In this document: one piece after another, positions 18,912 through 28,937 of the stretch
Layout of the letters: each line of letters opens with the position of its first letter
How positions within the stretch are numbered: position 1 is the stretch's first letter
Source of the DNA: an uncultured virus (IMG/VR IMGVR_UViG_3300011242_000004)
Lineage: Duplodnaviria > Heunggongvirae > Uroviricota > Caudoviricetes
Virus record (IMG/VR): IMGVR_UViG_3300011242_000004
Reading direction: 5' to 3' (one strand)
DNA length: 64,000 nt
Notes under the pieces: generated by a model
What the model saw: only the letters and a program-made list of their open reading frames with translations
Told to the model about the DNA's origin: nothing
Databases searched by the model: none
Program-made: the position numbers and the translations under genes

Positions 18912-18928
18912 TGCATCATCCCTTTCAT

Positions 18929-18956
18929 AAAAAAGAGGGAAGCCGAAGCTTCCCCC
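18929..18956 (-). terminator. Intrinsic terminator with UUCG loop
   Basis: GGGAAGC-TTCG-GCTTCCC then TCTTTTTT on the minus strand. Confidence 0.85.
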
Positions 18957-18962
18957 GGTGCA

Positions 18963-19595
18963 TTAAATTCCTTTAGCGGCAATGAATGCTCCTGCATACG
19001 TCAATGTTTCTTTGTCATCTGCAAGAACCCAGTCTCCACTTGCAACTGCATAGTAGAATTTCTGAGCCAGACCACGAGCACCAGCGGCATCGACTTTAAA
19101 GACGTTCATCGGATGAATCGTCGAGTCGGTTCCCGCTTTCCAAATGTTCGAGCTACCTTTAAGCGTAGGTGAATAGTTTGGATAGCTGATATCAGAATCG
19201 ATTTCAACATGAAGGTGTGGGCTTCCGCCGTACGTACCTGTTGAACCATAGAGGGCAATTGCCGCTCCTTCAGGCTCAACGATGTCGCCGACCTTGACAT
19301 TGATTTTCGCCAAGTGAGCCATGCGAATGACGAGACGCCGCTCCCCTACCTTTAGACCGTAGTGCACATCGACGTTGTTGACACTGACTCCGATGATGGT
19401 ATTGCCCATCAAGTTATCATAGCCCGCGTGCGTGACCTTGAACTTGAAAGGTGCATAGACATCGAGTTCAACCCGATTATCGTCTGCCATATCAATACCA
19501 AAGTGACCAAACCCCATTGATGCTTTGTAAGCGGGGTTCTTATATCCTGCTGTAATCCGTGCTTGGTTTAATGGTAAAATCGCTTTTTCTGCCAT
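18963..19595 (-). CDS. M23-family peptidoglycan endopeptidase
   Basis: HFGID (HxxxD), MAHL, GSTG...PHLHVE (HxH). Confidence 0.88.
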   Translation of the reverse strand: MAEKAILPLNQARITAGYKNPAYKASMGFGHFGIDMADDNRVELDVYAPFKFKVTHAGYDNLMGNTIIGVSVNNVDVHYGLKVGERRLVIRMAHLAKINVKVGDIVEPEGAAIALYGSTGTYGGSPHLHVEIDSDISYPNYSPTLKGSSNIWKAGTDSTIHPMNVFKVDAAGARGLAQKFYYAVASGDWVLADDKETLTYAGAFIAAKGI

Positions 19596-19610
19596 GTTTG
19601 CAAATTCCTC

Positions 19611-20438
19611 TCACTTCGTGAATGTTTTGACGTATTCTTTGCTTGCGGTGATATACAACCCAGAGACGAGTTTGTACATGTATACCCCTTGTTTCGACTT
19701 CACTTTTTTATCTACGGTGAAGACTTCATTGCGTTTTGCATGTGTCTTCGCCGGAGCATTGAAGTCGGCTTTTTCCCGAACCGCGAGTGCGCCCGGGTAT
19801 GTGACTTGTACATAAGTCTTTTTCTTTGTCGGTACAACTTTTTTGACAGCGTCTTTGACTTTCGTTGCTGTCGTTGGTTTCTTATTGAGATAAGAACTAA
19901 CGAGTGCTTTGAACTCTGCCCAAGCAGATGCCGCATCTTTGTATCCGAATTGTTTTGCTGTCGTATTATCGACAAAGTAACGAGGACAGTCTTTCCCAGT
20001 GACGTCATAGTGACGGTACAAATCTGTGATACCCAGTCCGTGGTCTTTCAGCAACTTCGCACACAATTGTGCGCTTTGGTCGATGGCTGTTTTAAAGCCA
20101 GCGCCCTTGACGTTCACGCATGTTTCGACGCCAATCGTGCAATCGTTTGGATAAGCTCCTAGACGATTTGTCCGATAGCGGACGGCACCGACATGATACG
20201 CCATCTCAGTTGGGGGAACGACTTCAAGAATTGAATCTTGGTCAACGAAGTAGTGTGCTGAAGCATAAGACTTCGCTGTAATCGCATTCCCATTGAAGTA
20301 ACGGAAGTGGGCTTCATCGTCCGCACCGACACTCATGTTGGCTGTCCAGTGACAAACAATGCCTTTAACCTTGTTGAGTTTTTTGCCGGGACGTGTATAC
20401 GGGTTCCCTTTTAAATGTTTTTTGGTAATTTTAAACAT
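19611..20438 (-). CDS. Endolysin: N-acetylmuramoyl-L-alanine amidase (Amidase_2) with SH3-like cell-wall-binding domain
   Basis: IVCHWTAN, SAHYFVD, AYHVG, TIGVE, RHYDVTGKDCP; C-terminal LAVR...YKLVSGLYITA. Confidence 0.93.
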   Translation of the reverse strand: MFKITKKHLKGNPYTRPGKKLNKVKGIVCHWTANMSVGADDEAHFRYFNGNAITAKSYASAHYFVDQDSILEVVPPTEMAYHVGAVRYRTNRLGAYPNDCTIGVETCVNVKGAGFKTAIDQSAQLCAKLLKDHGLGITDLYRHYDVTGKDCPRYFVDNTTAKQFGYKDAASAWAEFKALVSSYLNKKPTTATKVKDAVKKVVPTKKKTYVQVTYPGALAVREKADFNAPAKTHAKRNEVFTVDKKVKSKQGVYMYKLVSGLYITASKEYVKTFTK

Positions 20439-20451
20439 TTAATTTACCTCC

Positions 20452-20612
20452 TTATGTGAACTCTTTGATGTAGCGGTAGTTAGTAGGTCTAACCCATCAA
20501 AGGTAAAGCATCCATGGTCACGTGCTTTTGCACGCATCTTATTTTTTTATGTAGCCATGCCCACCAACGGGATGATGCTATCGGACTCCTCTCACCTTCC
20601 GTAGTCTCTGTT
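20452..20612 (-). promoter_or_regulatory. Candidate structured 5' leader / cis-RNA upstream of the endolysin
   Basis: Several complementary stems in a ~165-nt gap within an otherwise tightly packed operon. Confidence 0.45.
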
Positions 20613-20618
20613 ATGTAT

Positions 20619-21188
20619 TTATTTCGATTGTTTTTGTTTTTGTTTCCGACGGATACCATTCAGGATATGCACTTGCCGTAGTTTCTCGACTATCATGAAC
20701 ATGGCAATCAAGCAGAGCGCGGTCTCTAGTGCAAACCCGATGTATGTGACCGGGTCAATGAACCGATTCGTATGTGTACTTGTACTAATGATGGTTGTTG
20801 ATGCCGTCCATCGGACGAACTCTCCTCCGATAATCGCCCAGTAAACATTGTGCGGGGAGCCCGGGAAGATGCGTTTTGTCCATTGGTAGATATACCAACA
20901 ACTTGAAGCAAAGATGACTTTAATGATGATGACCGATGCTAAACTGTATTTCGTATCAATCGGAATTTGGAAATAGACAATGATGCCCCATGCGACTGCT
21001 ACTGGCAATGCAATGAACGGTCCGCCAATCATAAAGGCGAAGACAGCGGGAATCGCCACTAAGTCCAAGAATCGGTTATGTCCAATCTCGACATACACCA
21101 GTTCCAAGTTGGACAGGATAAGTATGCCGACACTGAAGATTAAGGCAATGACAATCTCTAATTGTTTTTGACTGAGTTTCTTTTTCAC
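20619..21188 (-). CDS. ECF S-component-like (or 5TM-LYT-like) membrane protein
   Basis: About 6 TM helices; DLVAIPAVFAFMIGGP signature; GTGA overlap with the holin. Confidence 0.65.
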   Translation of the reverse strand: MKKKLSQKQLEIVIALIFSVGILILSNLELVYVEIGHNRFLDLVAIPAVFAFMIGGPFIALPVAVAWGIIVYFQIPIDTKYSLASVIIIKVIFASSCWYIYQWTKRIFPGSPHNVYWAIIGGEFVRWTASTTIISTSTHTNRFIDPVTYIGFALETALCLIAMFMIVEKLRQVHILNGIRRKQKQKQSK

Positions 21189-21712
21189 GACAATCCACCT
21201 CTTTTGCCGCCCTCGTCCTCTTTTGTTTCTTCCGGCTTATCTTTCTTTTCTTCTTCTTTCTGACGTTCTGCATTGATTTCATCCATTGGGATGCCGGTAC
21301 CTTGCATGAATGTCAGGTAAAGATTTTCCATGATTTTTGCTAATCGACCATAGCCCATCTTCGCTGTGTTCTTACTTGCAGAGAATAGCTCCATTGCAAT
21401 TAAGACGAGGATGATGGCGTTACGTGCGGCACCGGGCAATCCTAGAATCTTATCGAGGATGTTAAACATCACTATCCAACACGCATAGACAATGAGTTTC
21501 TTTTGCATCTTGACGGCTAGTTCACGCCACGTGAATATCATGAGTTTCTTTGCGGCGTTAATCCCAAGTACCAAGTCGATGAAGATGAAAATAATGAGTC
21601 CTTTCATCTTGTCATCGAAGGGCCCAATCAAGAAGACAAGGGCCCCTTTAATAAATAAAGAAGTCTCGCCTCCTGCATAGAGCCATCCAAACAATTTGTC
21701 ATACCATTTCAT
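21185..21712 (-). CDS. Phage holin (Phage_holin_4 type)
   Basis: IFIDLVLGINAAKK...KKLIVY...ILDKILG...MELFSASKN pattern. Confidence 0.85.
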   Translation of the reverse strand: MKWYDKLFGWLYAGGETSLFIKGALVFLIGPFDDKMKGLIIFIFIDLVLGINAAKKLMIFTWRELAVKMQKKLIVYACWIVMFNILDKILGLPGAARNAIILVLIAMELFSASKNTAKMGYGRLAKIMENLYLTFMQGTGIPMDEINAERQKEEEKKDKPEETKEDEGGKRGGLS

Positions 21713-21744
21713 GAGGACACCCACCTTTTTTAAATGTCCTCCCC

Positions 21745-22986
21745 TTATACTTCGTTCGTATCTTTGAACCGGTAGTTGAGCTCTAAGCGTTTTAATACCG
21801 GCACACGTTCTCCCTCACGTTTGACCTTCGTCTTTACATAGACTTTTTGTAATGGCGCCAAGATGGTGCTTCCGAATTCAAACTGAGAAGCCATCCCTTT
21901 GTCATAATACAATTCGTGGGTGACCAGTCCATCGACGTCAAGCAACGTGCCATCTGCCGCATACACGACTGGTTTTTCAATTTGAGCAAAGCGTTTCGTG
22001 CCTGTGAGTTCATACGTTGTGACGAACTCGCACTCGTTTTCTGTGTATCCGCGATACTCCAAATCAATGTCTTGGAACCCATATGTAAACTCCCGCATGT
22101 TATCGGCTTCAAACCAATACGGCTGTTCGAACCGAATCTTGACTTCAGCAATCTCCCGACGTCCAAACGAGAACATCATTTTCTTTGCTTGTTCAATTGG
22201 AACCGGGGTCTCACCATCTTCCAAGACAGGGAAGTTTTCTAAACGACTCCATTGGTTTCCAAGGCTTTTCACATGAATATCCGTGATAGTCATTGAATTT
22301 TCAGGGAAGGGGCGAATCGTCAACGCATTCGCATAGAGATTCGTCAATAAGTCTGTTGCTAATTTGATATGTACTTCACCGAATACTTTTTGTACGCCAC
22401 TGCCGTTTGGATATCGGACAGAACGAAGCCAGTATGTGCTCTTTTGTTTATCGACCATTTCTTCAAATCCATTGCTGTCGACATCATAGTAGACATAGTC
22501 TTGCGCTTCTTCGTCGTAGGGTTGTGTGTTATTCGATTCTCGAACAAACATATCCATCTTCGAACTGACGACGACGTTCCCGCTATCGGTCACAAAGGAA
22601 ACCTTAGAACTGATATCAGAGACGTTCGGTGTGATGACGCCATAATCTAAATCCAAGAAGACTTGCTTCTTTTCATTGCCGTCTTTGACGACGTTCGGAT
22701 TATAGAATGTACGGACCATCTTTCCTTTTTGTTCTCCTGCAAGCAAACTGACTTGTGTTGCTTTGACTTCTTCGAGTTCCCGGCGTAATTCTTCCACCAA
22801 GTTCTGATTGAACTGATATTCCCGGAGCAAAACGTCCGTGCTCTTTTGAAGTTGTTCTTCGTTCTCATTGACATAGTCATAGATACGTGCCAAGTCCACA
22901 TGCAAGTCGTTCATGCGTTGGTTGAATTCGGTCGAGCTACTAGGGCCTCGATACAAGTTTCGATTTTTCATACTTTGTAATTCCAT
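21745..22986 (-). CDS. Virion structural protein, baseplate-associated paralog family
   Basis: Shares motifs with neighbours (see findings). Confidence 0.6.
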   Translation of the reverse strand: MELQSMKNRNLYRGPSSSTEFNQRMNDLHVDLARIYDYVNENEEQLQKSTDVLLREYQFNQNLVEELRRELEEVKATQVSLLAGEQKGKMVRTFYNPNVVKDGNEKKQVFLDLDYGVITPNVSDISSKVSFVTDSGNVVVSSKMDMFVRESNNTQPYDEEAQDYVYYDVDSNGFEEMVDKQKSTYWLRSVRYPNGSGVQKVFGEVHIKLATDLLTNLYANALTIRPFPENSMTITDIHVKSLGNQWSRLENFPVLEDGETPVPIEQAKKMMFSFGRREIAEVKIRFEQPYWFEADNMREFTYGFQDIDLEYRGYTENECEFVTTYELTGTKRFAQIEKPVVYAADGTLLDVDGLVTHELYYDKGMASQFEFGSTILAPLQKVYVKTKVKREGERVPVLKRLELNYRFKDTNEV

Positions 22987-22998
22987 GACAATCCCTCC

Positions 22999-23745
22999 TC
23001 ACTGTTTCAATGATTTTATCATTTGTGACATTTCTTCTAATTCGACCTTGGACTCCACTTCGAGTCCCTTCAAACTAATCTCTTCTTCATAGACTTTATA
23101 GATATGAAAATCAGAAATCTCCACTGCCGTCGCCGCCAACGCCGTCGGAAGGTCATGCAAGTACAAGGCGATTTCCATTTGCTCTCTATGTTGGCAATAT
23201 AACCTTTTGTCTAGATAAACTCCAGATGATTTACCTGTTAAATCAATCTTTTCGATATCTTTATTTCCTAGGTTGATACGACTCGCGCCCCATGACAGTT
23301 CATTGATTTTTCCACTGACAGGGCGTATCTTCATCGACAGCATGTAGATATCTCCCGGCTGGACATCGACGCTCAGACGAAGCCCTGCTGGGTCGAGTAA
23401 CCCTTGTTCACTGACAAGGAACGTCTCTCCATTCTTTGTCACCGTCGTGTTGTTGACTTTCGTCCACGTCGTTAAATCGGTATTGAATGTCGATTCTTCG
23501 ACCCGGCAAATCTTACCGGTCTGATAGAAACGAGAACTGAGTTCCCCTTCTTCTCCTGCTACGAGTAAATCCATCCGGTCGGTGATGGCTTTACGGTGTC
23601 CTTTTTCTCCTGAGATGTTAGCGATATCAAGGAGGTCGTGAATGACCTCCATCGTACCGTTCACAAAATCTTCTTTTCCGCTAACTCCTCGATAAGGAGC
23701 ATTCTTTTTTTCAATCGAATGGCGGTGCTTCTTTTCTAAACGCAT
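22999..23745 (-). CDS. Virion structural protein, N-terminus paralogous to its neighbour
   Basis: YRG...F...HDL N-terminal motif; beta-rich domain. Confidence 0.55.
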   Translation of the reverse strand: MRLEKKHRHSIEKKNAPYRGVSGKEDFVNGTMEVIHDLLDIANISGEKGHRKAITDRMDLLVAGEEGELSSRFYQTGKICRVEESTFNTDLTTWTKVNNTTVTKNGETFLVSEQGLLDPAGLRLSVDVQPGDIYMLSMKIRPVSGKINELSWGASRINLGNKDIEKIDLTGKSSGVYLDKRLYCQHREQMEIALYLHDLPTALAATAVEISDFHIYKVYEEEISLKGLEVESKVELEEMSQMIKSLKQ

Positions 23746-23757
23746 CTGGTTTCCTCC

Positions 23758-25812
23758 TTATGAGAATTGCAATCTGTATTTTTTAAGGACCGGTGACGGT
23801 ACCGTCTGGTCCCCTTCTCTGATGAAACGTGCCCGTAACAAAATCGTCTTACTACCTTCGCTACCATCAATCGCATAGTCATAATAGAAGTCAAACAACA
23901 AGCCCGTCTCTGCAAAGTTCATCAAGACCTCATAGCTCGTATCAGTCTTGCGAACGCTGTAACGGCTCCGGTCGCTTATTTTTGTATTGAAACGGAGGTC
24001 GAACAATTCCACTTTCGTCATCGGTGTCGGTGAAATATACATGTTCTCGAACTCTCGTAGTAAATCGAGTCCTAAGTCCACCGTCATTCCATTGACCGTT
24101 CCTTTGTTTTCTCCGTAGACGAGGACGACGATTTCATTCCATCCTTGCAAGAACTGAGCATTTGCTTTCCCGGCGCCAATGCCTTCATAAATCTTTTCAC
24201 CGTTGATGTAGACAGCAATCGGCTCTGTCGTCGACGGCGTCATCGTGATGATGCTCTGTGCGCCATTATAGAGCACTCCTGCACGACAGTAATAGTTAGC
24301 AGGACCTACACCTGTCTTGTTCTTAAACAGCATGCTACGGCGGCTCTCGTCGATTTTCTCGTACTCGAACTTCACTTCATTGAGTGGGTTCTTCCAGTCT
24401 TCTAAACTAGGGATATGTCCCTCTTCGATTGCTCCTTCAAAGTACTTGCATTCCCATGCATTGCGTCCGACGAATAAGCGCTCTGAGCCTTCAATAATTT
24501 GACGCCCGGTGACGTCACCAATCTTATAAAAACTAATCCCATTTGTTTTCAGTTCTGGGAGTTCGTATTGATTGACGGACAAGTCCGTTCCGATTTGCAT
24601 CGTCGTCGGTTTGCTTCGACTGATGTTTTGGAAATCTACGATTTGAGGGAAAGCTGGGTTCTCTCGTTTCAATGGACTGATGCCCCGCCAGTCTGGGTTC
24701 TCTGAAGCGAGTGCGACTTCATAGAAGATGTCGGTTCCTGTCGGTAACACTTCGATGACGTCCAGTGCCACTTTATTAATCGCATAGTTGGCTGGACCTT
24801 CTACTTTCAGCGGAGTACTTTGGAAGACTCCGTTCTCTGGGAAACGAAGGTGCCGCATTTCCACTTTTCGAATTCCAAAAATATACCGGTAATCATATTT
24901 CTCCACATCCGGGACTTGTTCATCGAACTCTTCTTTTTTAATCGTGACTTTGATTTTACGGACGGTTGCACTAGGGAAGGTGATGTCAAAGCCTGTCGCC
25001 GTGTCAAACGCTTGCTCATGATAAGAGAACGGGACCCAGTTGATGTTGTCAGGTGTATACAACACTTGGACATTCATCGGTTTGATGTTGATGAAATTGA
25101 CGACCAATTGGTTCAATTCGACTTGACCTTCAAAATCGAATACGAGTTCCCCTGTCAATTGTGCTTTCTCTTTCGTTTGAATCAACTGTTGCCAGTTCTT
25201 ATCAGCAAAGGGTTCATGAATGTCTTCGATTTTTCCATTCAACGTCGTTTGCTTCTTCTCGACGTTACTAATGATTTTGAATGTTGTCTTTGCTGGTGCC
25301 CCAATCCGTTCAGATAACGACAACTCTTCTGCCAATCTGACTTCATGGTTCTTTGTATCCACAAGCAAATTCTCTGTCGCCGCTTTATCGATTTTACTGA
25401 AGTCATCGAAGACATCGAAGACCGCTGTTAAGAATCCTCCTTGGGCATACATCAAAATCTTTTCTCGTAGATTGTTTTCAATCTGGAAGATTTCTTTTTC
25501 GATGATATCTTTTTCAATCTCGAACTTCGAGAAGTGTTTGCCTAAAGCCCCATGGACTTCTTGCATGTTCTTATACAAGATGCTGAGGTCATTGTAGATG
25601 CGTTGGAAGTCAGCATTGTACTTACTCGCATAAGCAAGCGTTCCATTCTTAACAGAACGGAAGACGAACTCTGGACGGCTCAGGTCTTGTTCATTCAGGT
25701 ATTCACTGAGACGCCATGCAAATTCTTTTGACGTCGGCAAGTTTCCTTTTTGTAATTCTTCTTTTAATATGCGTTCTGTTGCTTGTTCCAATCGACTATT
25801 TTGAATACTCAT
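23758..25812 (-). CDS. Virion structural protein, paralog family
   Basis: DLSILY, YIFGIR, SPVLKKYRL motifs. Confidence 0.6.
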   Translation of the reverse strand: MSIQNSRLEQATERILKEELQKGNLPTSKEFAWRLSEYLNEQDLSRPEFVFRSVKNGTLAYASKYNADFQRIYNDLSILYKNMQEVHGALGKHFSKFEIEKDIIEKEIFQIENNLREKILMYAQGGFLTAVFDVFDDFSKIDKAATENLLVDTKNHEVRLAEELSLSERIGAPAKTTFKIISNVEKKQTTLNGKIEDIHEPFADKNWQQLIQTKEKAQLTGELVFDFEGQVELNQLVVNFINIKPMNVQVLYTPDNINWVPFSYHEQAFDTATGFDITFPSATVRKIKVTIKKEEFDEQVPDVEKYDYRYIFGIRKVEMRHLRFPENGVFQSTPLKVEGPANYAINKVALDVIEVLPTGTDIFYEVALASENPDWRGISPLKRENPAFPQIVDFQNISRSKPTTMQIGTDLSVNQYELPELKTNGISFYKIGDVTGRQIIEGSERLFVGRNAWECKYFEGAIEEGHIPSLEDWKNPLNEVKFEYEKIDESRRSMLFKNKTGVGPANYYCRAGVLYNGAQSIITMTPSTTEPIAVYINGEKIYEGIGAGKANAQFLQGWNEIVVLVYGENKGTVNGMTVDLGLDLLREFENMYISPTPMTKVELFDLRFNTKISDRSRYSVRKTDTSYEVLMNFAETGLLFDFYYDYAIDGSEGSKTILLRARFIREGDQTVPSPVLKKYRLQFS

Positions 25813-27608
25813 TACAAGTCATCCTTTCTGACGATACGAAGTGCATAGTCTTCGAGAATCGGTGTCGTTGAATCGAACCCAGCTTCGAGTGGGCGCGACA
25901 TCGTCACTCGAATTCGCACGCCATTCGGTGGGGTATCAGTTTTGATATAGGCTTTGTGAATCTGGAATGCATTTCCTAAATCGATTTCGTTTCCGTTCAC
26001 TTCAATGATTTTAGGAGGGAACGCCGCTTTCGTCGGTTCATGATGCATCGGTGAAATCGGCATCCAGTTCATATCATCGAAACTGATTTCATATTGAATC
26101 CAGTCATTGGATGTCTCCACCCGGTCTAAATACGACTGAGGAATCTTCTCGTTCGCATATAGCATTAAACGACTGATTTCCCCATTGATTTCAAAACGTT
26201 TCGATACATACATGCTTTTCTTATCAAAGCGATAACTCATGATATTAATGTCACGAAGACCGATAGCATAACGCCAGCCTTTTGTTGCTTCAATAACTTT
26301 ATCAATCTTTGCATCCTGATAAGCAGAGAGAACATATCCGTTCTTTGCTGGACTCTCTTTTAGTTCTTTCGGTTCTTCGATTTGTGTTCGAATCGTTTGT
26401 CCGTTCAACAACGTCGTGTTCTTGTAATAGACGGCTTGTCCAATCAACTCTTGATAGCTTGCCAACTGGTCGAATACGATTTCTACGTACTTGGCTTTTC
26501 GTGTCGGGAAACTCCAGACCCCTTGCCCTGCAAATTTCGCTTTATCAAAATCATTTTTACCATCAAATAAATCATCGACCCGGTATGTTTGCGCCGTCTC
26601 ATTCAATTCATTGTTTAAAATGTATCCTTTGTCTTCATAGAGACCTTTGTAATCGAACCCGTCCTCACTGGTCTTAATCGAGAAGACCCGCACTTTCCCA
26701 GTCGAGTTCACTGGATAGTAGGGATTGATGTTAATCCAGTTGATGTCTTCTAGCTTAGCCAGTTCGATGACCAGTTGAAGCCGAAGTTTTTCCCCTGTTT
26801 CTTTTCCTTTGACCCATTCAAAATTGTACCCTTTGTATTTCTTGATGAATTCATTTGGCACGTTGACCATTTGATATTCAAAGATGGTATCTGGGCGATA
26901 GTCGAGAATTGCTTGAATGTCGTCATTGCGAAGGGATTCGTTTTCGTTGATGAAAACATTCGTATCGATGACTTGTTTCTTTTCATCAGTGACTTGAATC
27001 CGTCGTGCGACATGTCCTGTTCCTGCTGTTCCATTGCCTTCAACTTTTCGAACCATTGCAGTCAACGAGGCATTGACCGTATCAATCCGGCTTAAAGTCA
27101 AGACGCCTTCTGTTGTTGCTATCTGAGCTTTTGATACATTCGGAAGGACTTGCGTTTCCTCCGTATTGTCTTTTGAATCAAAGCTTTCTTTAAAATAGAG
27201 ATTGCCATCTTTATTCTCATGCGCAATCAAGTTTAAATCTCCGACCAGTGCATTGAGTCCACTGATACGAGAGAGCATCCGCTTGCGTTCGGTTTGCGCA
27301 AAGTTGAATGATTCTTGAAGGAACTCTGCCGCATTCTCACTATCCGTGTAAAGGATGTTTAAGTCCTCAATCGTTTCTTCCATCGATTGTTCAAAGTCTT
27401 CTTTAAACGGGACATGTCCTGACTCCGCTGGACGAAGCAACAGCAAAGGACCTCCTGCTGATTGGTAGAAGCTTTTAATATAGTCGTTCGCATACACACG
27501 AATCTCTGCATCCGTTGTCGCTTCTCCCAAAAGCTTTGTTGCTTTTTTGAAGAAGTAATCTTCTTGGAGTTCGTACATTTGCGTGCGCATGGATAATTTA
27601 TCTTCCAT
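25812..27608 (-). CDS. Virion structural protein, paralog family
   Basis: DLNILY, YAIGLR, TPILEDYAL motifs. Confidence 0.6.
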   Translation of the reverse strand: MEDKLSMRTQMYELQEDYFFKKATKLLGEATTDAEIRVYANDYIKSFYQSAGGPLLLLRPAESGHVPFKEDFEQSMEETIEDLNILYTDSENAAEFLQESFNFAQTERKRMLSRISGLNALVGDLNLIAHENKDGNLYFKESFDSKDNTEETQVLPNVSKAQIATTEGVLTLSRIDTVNASLTAMVRKVEGNGTAGTGHVARRIQVTDEKKQVIDTNVFINENESLRNDDIQAILDYRPDTIFEYQMVNVPNEFIKKYKGYNFEWVKGKETGEKLRLQLVIELAKLEDINWININPYYPVNSTGKVRVFSIKTSEDGFDYKGLYEDKGYILNNELNETAQTYRVDDLFDGKNDFDKAKFAGQGVWSFPTRKAKYVEIVFDQLASYQELIGQAVYYKNTTLLNGQTIRTQIEEPKELKESPAKNGYVLSAYQDAKIDKVIEATKGWRYAIGLRDINIMSYRFDKKSMYVSKRFEINGEISRLMLYANEKIPQSYLDRVETSNDWIQYEISFDDMNWMPISPMHHEPTKAAFPPKIIEVNGNEIDLGNAFQIHKAYIKTDTPPNGVRIRVTMSRPLEAGFDSTTPILEDYALRIVRKDDL

Positions 27609-27620
27609 AAGAACCCTCCT

Positions 27621-28928
27621 TTATTTTTGTGTCTTGAATTGTAATGTGTATTCATGGACGAGCGGCGACGCCATGGATTGACTCGCAAGATTACGTCGAA
27701 GAATAATCTTCAGACGGAACGCCGCGACCAAGTATTCATAATGGACTTCAATCTCTCCGTTACCATGTCCATTATCTTGGTTGTTGAAATCTGAATTAAA
27801 GATATTGGCTTTGTTGAATGTCTCACTAAACACTAAATTCTTTTTCCAGTTGTAGTATTCCATTCCTTTGTAGACCGGCTCAACGATACTATACGGCGTA
27901 AGCTCCGCCCACTTTTCTTCTTTGTATAACGTCTTATCTAACGTGAATACTTCTTCATTGAAATGCGCCGGACGCACTTCTTTATAGACTTTTCGATTTT
28001 CTCCAACAATCGAGGCGTTCTTGATGTAGACAGAAAATGGACGATAGTTGTCCGTGTTCGGGTTATAGTTTTCTGTTTGGTTGATATAGCTCATATCGAT
28101 GTACGGATATTTGCTTAACGTAATCGTTTTATTATGATTCGTTCCATTCGGGAACACATCAATCTGTTTTTGACGGCTTGTCGTCAAATGTGAGACGTCC
28201 ACTTTCCATGGGTCACGTCCTGAAGGATTCGGTTTGTAATCTATCGTATAGATGTGGAATAAGCTATCCTTGTCTTTGATTTGAATCTTATACCCATTCT
28301 CCATGACCACGTACTCCGCTTGTTTCATGCGGCTTCCATCCCGGTAGATGACAATGGAATCAATCTCCGCTTGGAAACGAAGGGTGCCGATGCCATTCTC
28401 AAGGAAGATACGTTCGCCAACGACAGTCTTTTGACGGCTAGGCAAAATGGGAATCCAATCGGATGCACCCGGCTTCTCTGCTGTCGTCAAATAATATTCA
28501 ACGGATGTCCGGCGGGTGACCGTCTTTCCACTTGTGTTGTCAAAGATAGGATGTTCTTCGATGGCATCAAACAATACTTCCATGACGTTTCCTTCTACGG
28601 GAATGGCTTGTGAGACATAGATACTTTTCTCGTTATAGACCTTTGAAGCCATGCTGATGTTTTTGATTCCGATAGCGTATTCATAGATACTTTTTTCTTC
28701 TAAATCAAATCCTAGCTTTGGTTCAGGGGCGACTACTTTTGGTTTCCCCGGTGTCGTATCAGGTTTTGCATTCACTGCCGCCGTCGTTTTCGCTCTAGCG
28801 ATAGCGTCTGCTATGCTCACATTCATAATCGCCCGCATCGCCCGTATCCGTGCTTTCTCAATATCCAACTTTAAGCGTTTTCGAATTTGAAGAATCTTTT
28901 TTGCTCTATTCTTTTTACTGTTTGGCAT
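27621..28928 (-). CDS. Virion structural protein, C-terminal part of a split paralog
   Basis: YAIGIK and SPLVHEYTL motifs only. Confidence 0.6.
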   Translation of the reverse strand: MPNSKKNRAKKILQIRKRLKLDIEKARIRAMRAIMNVSIADAIARAKTTAAVNAKPDTTPGKPKVVAPEPKLGFDLEEKSIYEYAIGIKNISMASKVYNEKSIYVSQAIPVEGNVMEVLFDAIEEHPIFDNTSGKTVTRRTSVEYYLTTAEKPGASDWIPILPSRQKTVVGERIFLENGIGTLRFQAEIDSIVIYRDGSRMKQAEYVVMENGYKIQIKDKDSLFHIYTIDYKPNPSGRDPWKVDVSHLTTSRQKQIDVFPNGTNHNKTITLSKYPYIDMSYINQTENYNPNTDNYRPFSVYIKNASIVGENRKVYKEVRPAHFNEEVFTLDKTLYKEEKWAELTPYSIVEPVYKGMEYYNWKKNLVFSETFNKANIFNSDFNNQDNGHGNGEIEVHYEYLVAAFRLKIILRRNLASQSMASPLVHEYTLQFKTQK

Positions 28929-28937
28929 CGTTCATCC

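Noticed and set aside
20440..20538. 32-aa minus-strand mini-ORF (MRAKARDHG...) ending just before the endolysin start
   Set aside because: No RBS and no recognisable features; cannot be supported as a gene
20538..20556. CTACATAAAAAAATAAG resembling the 3' tail of a preQ1-I riboswitch
   Set aside because: The upstream stem-loop with the UUC...C core is missing and no queuosine genes are nearby
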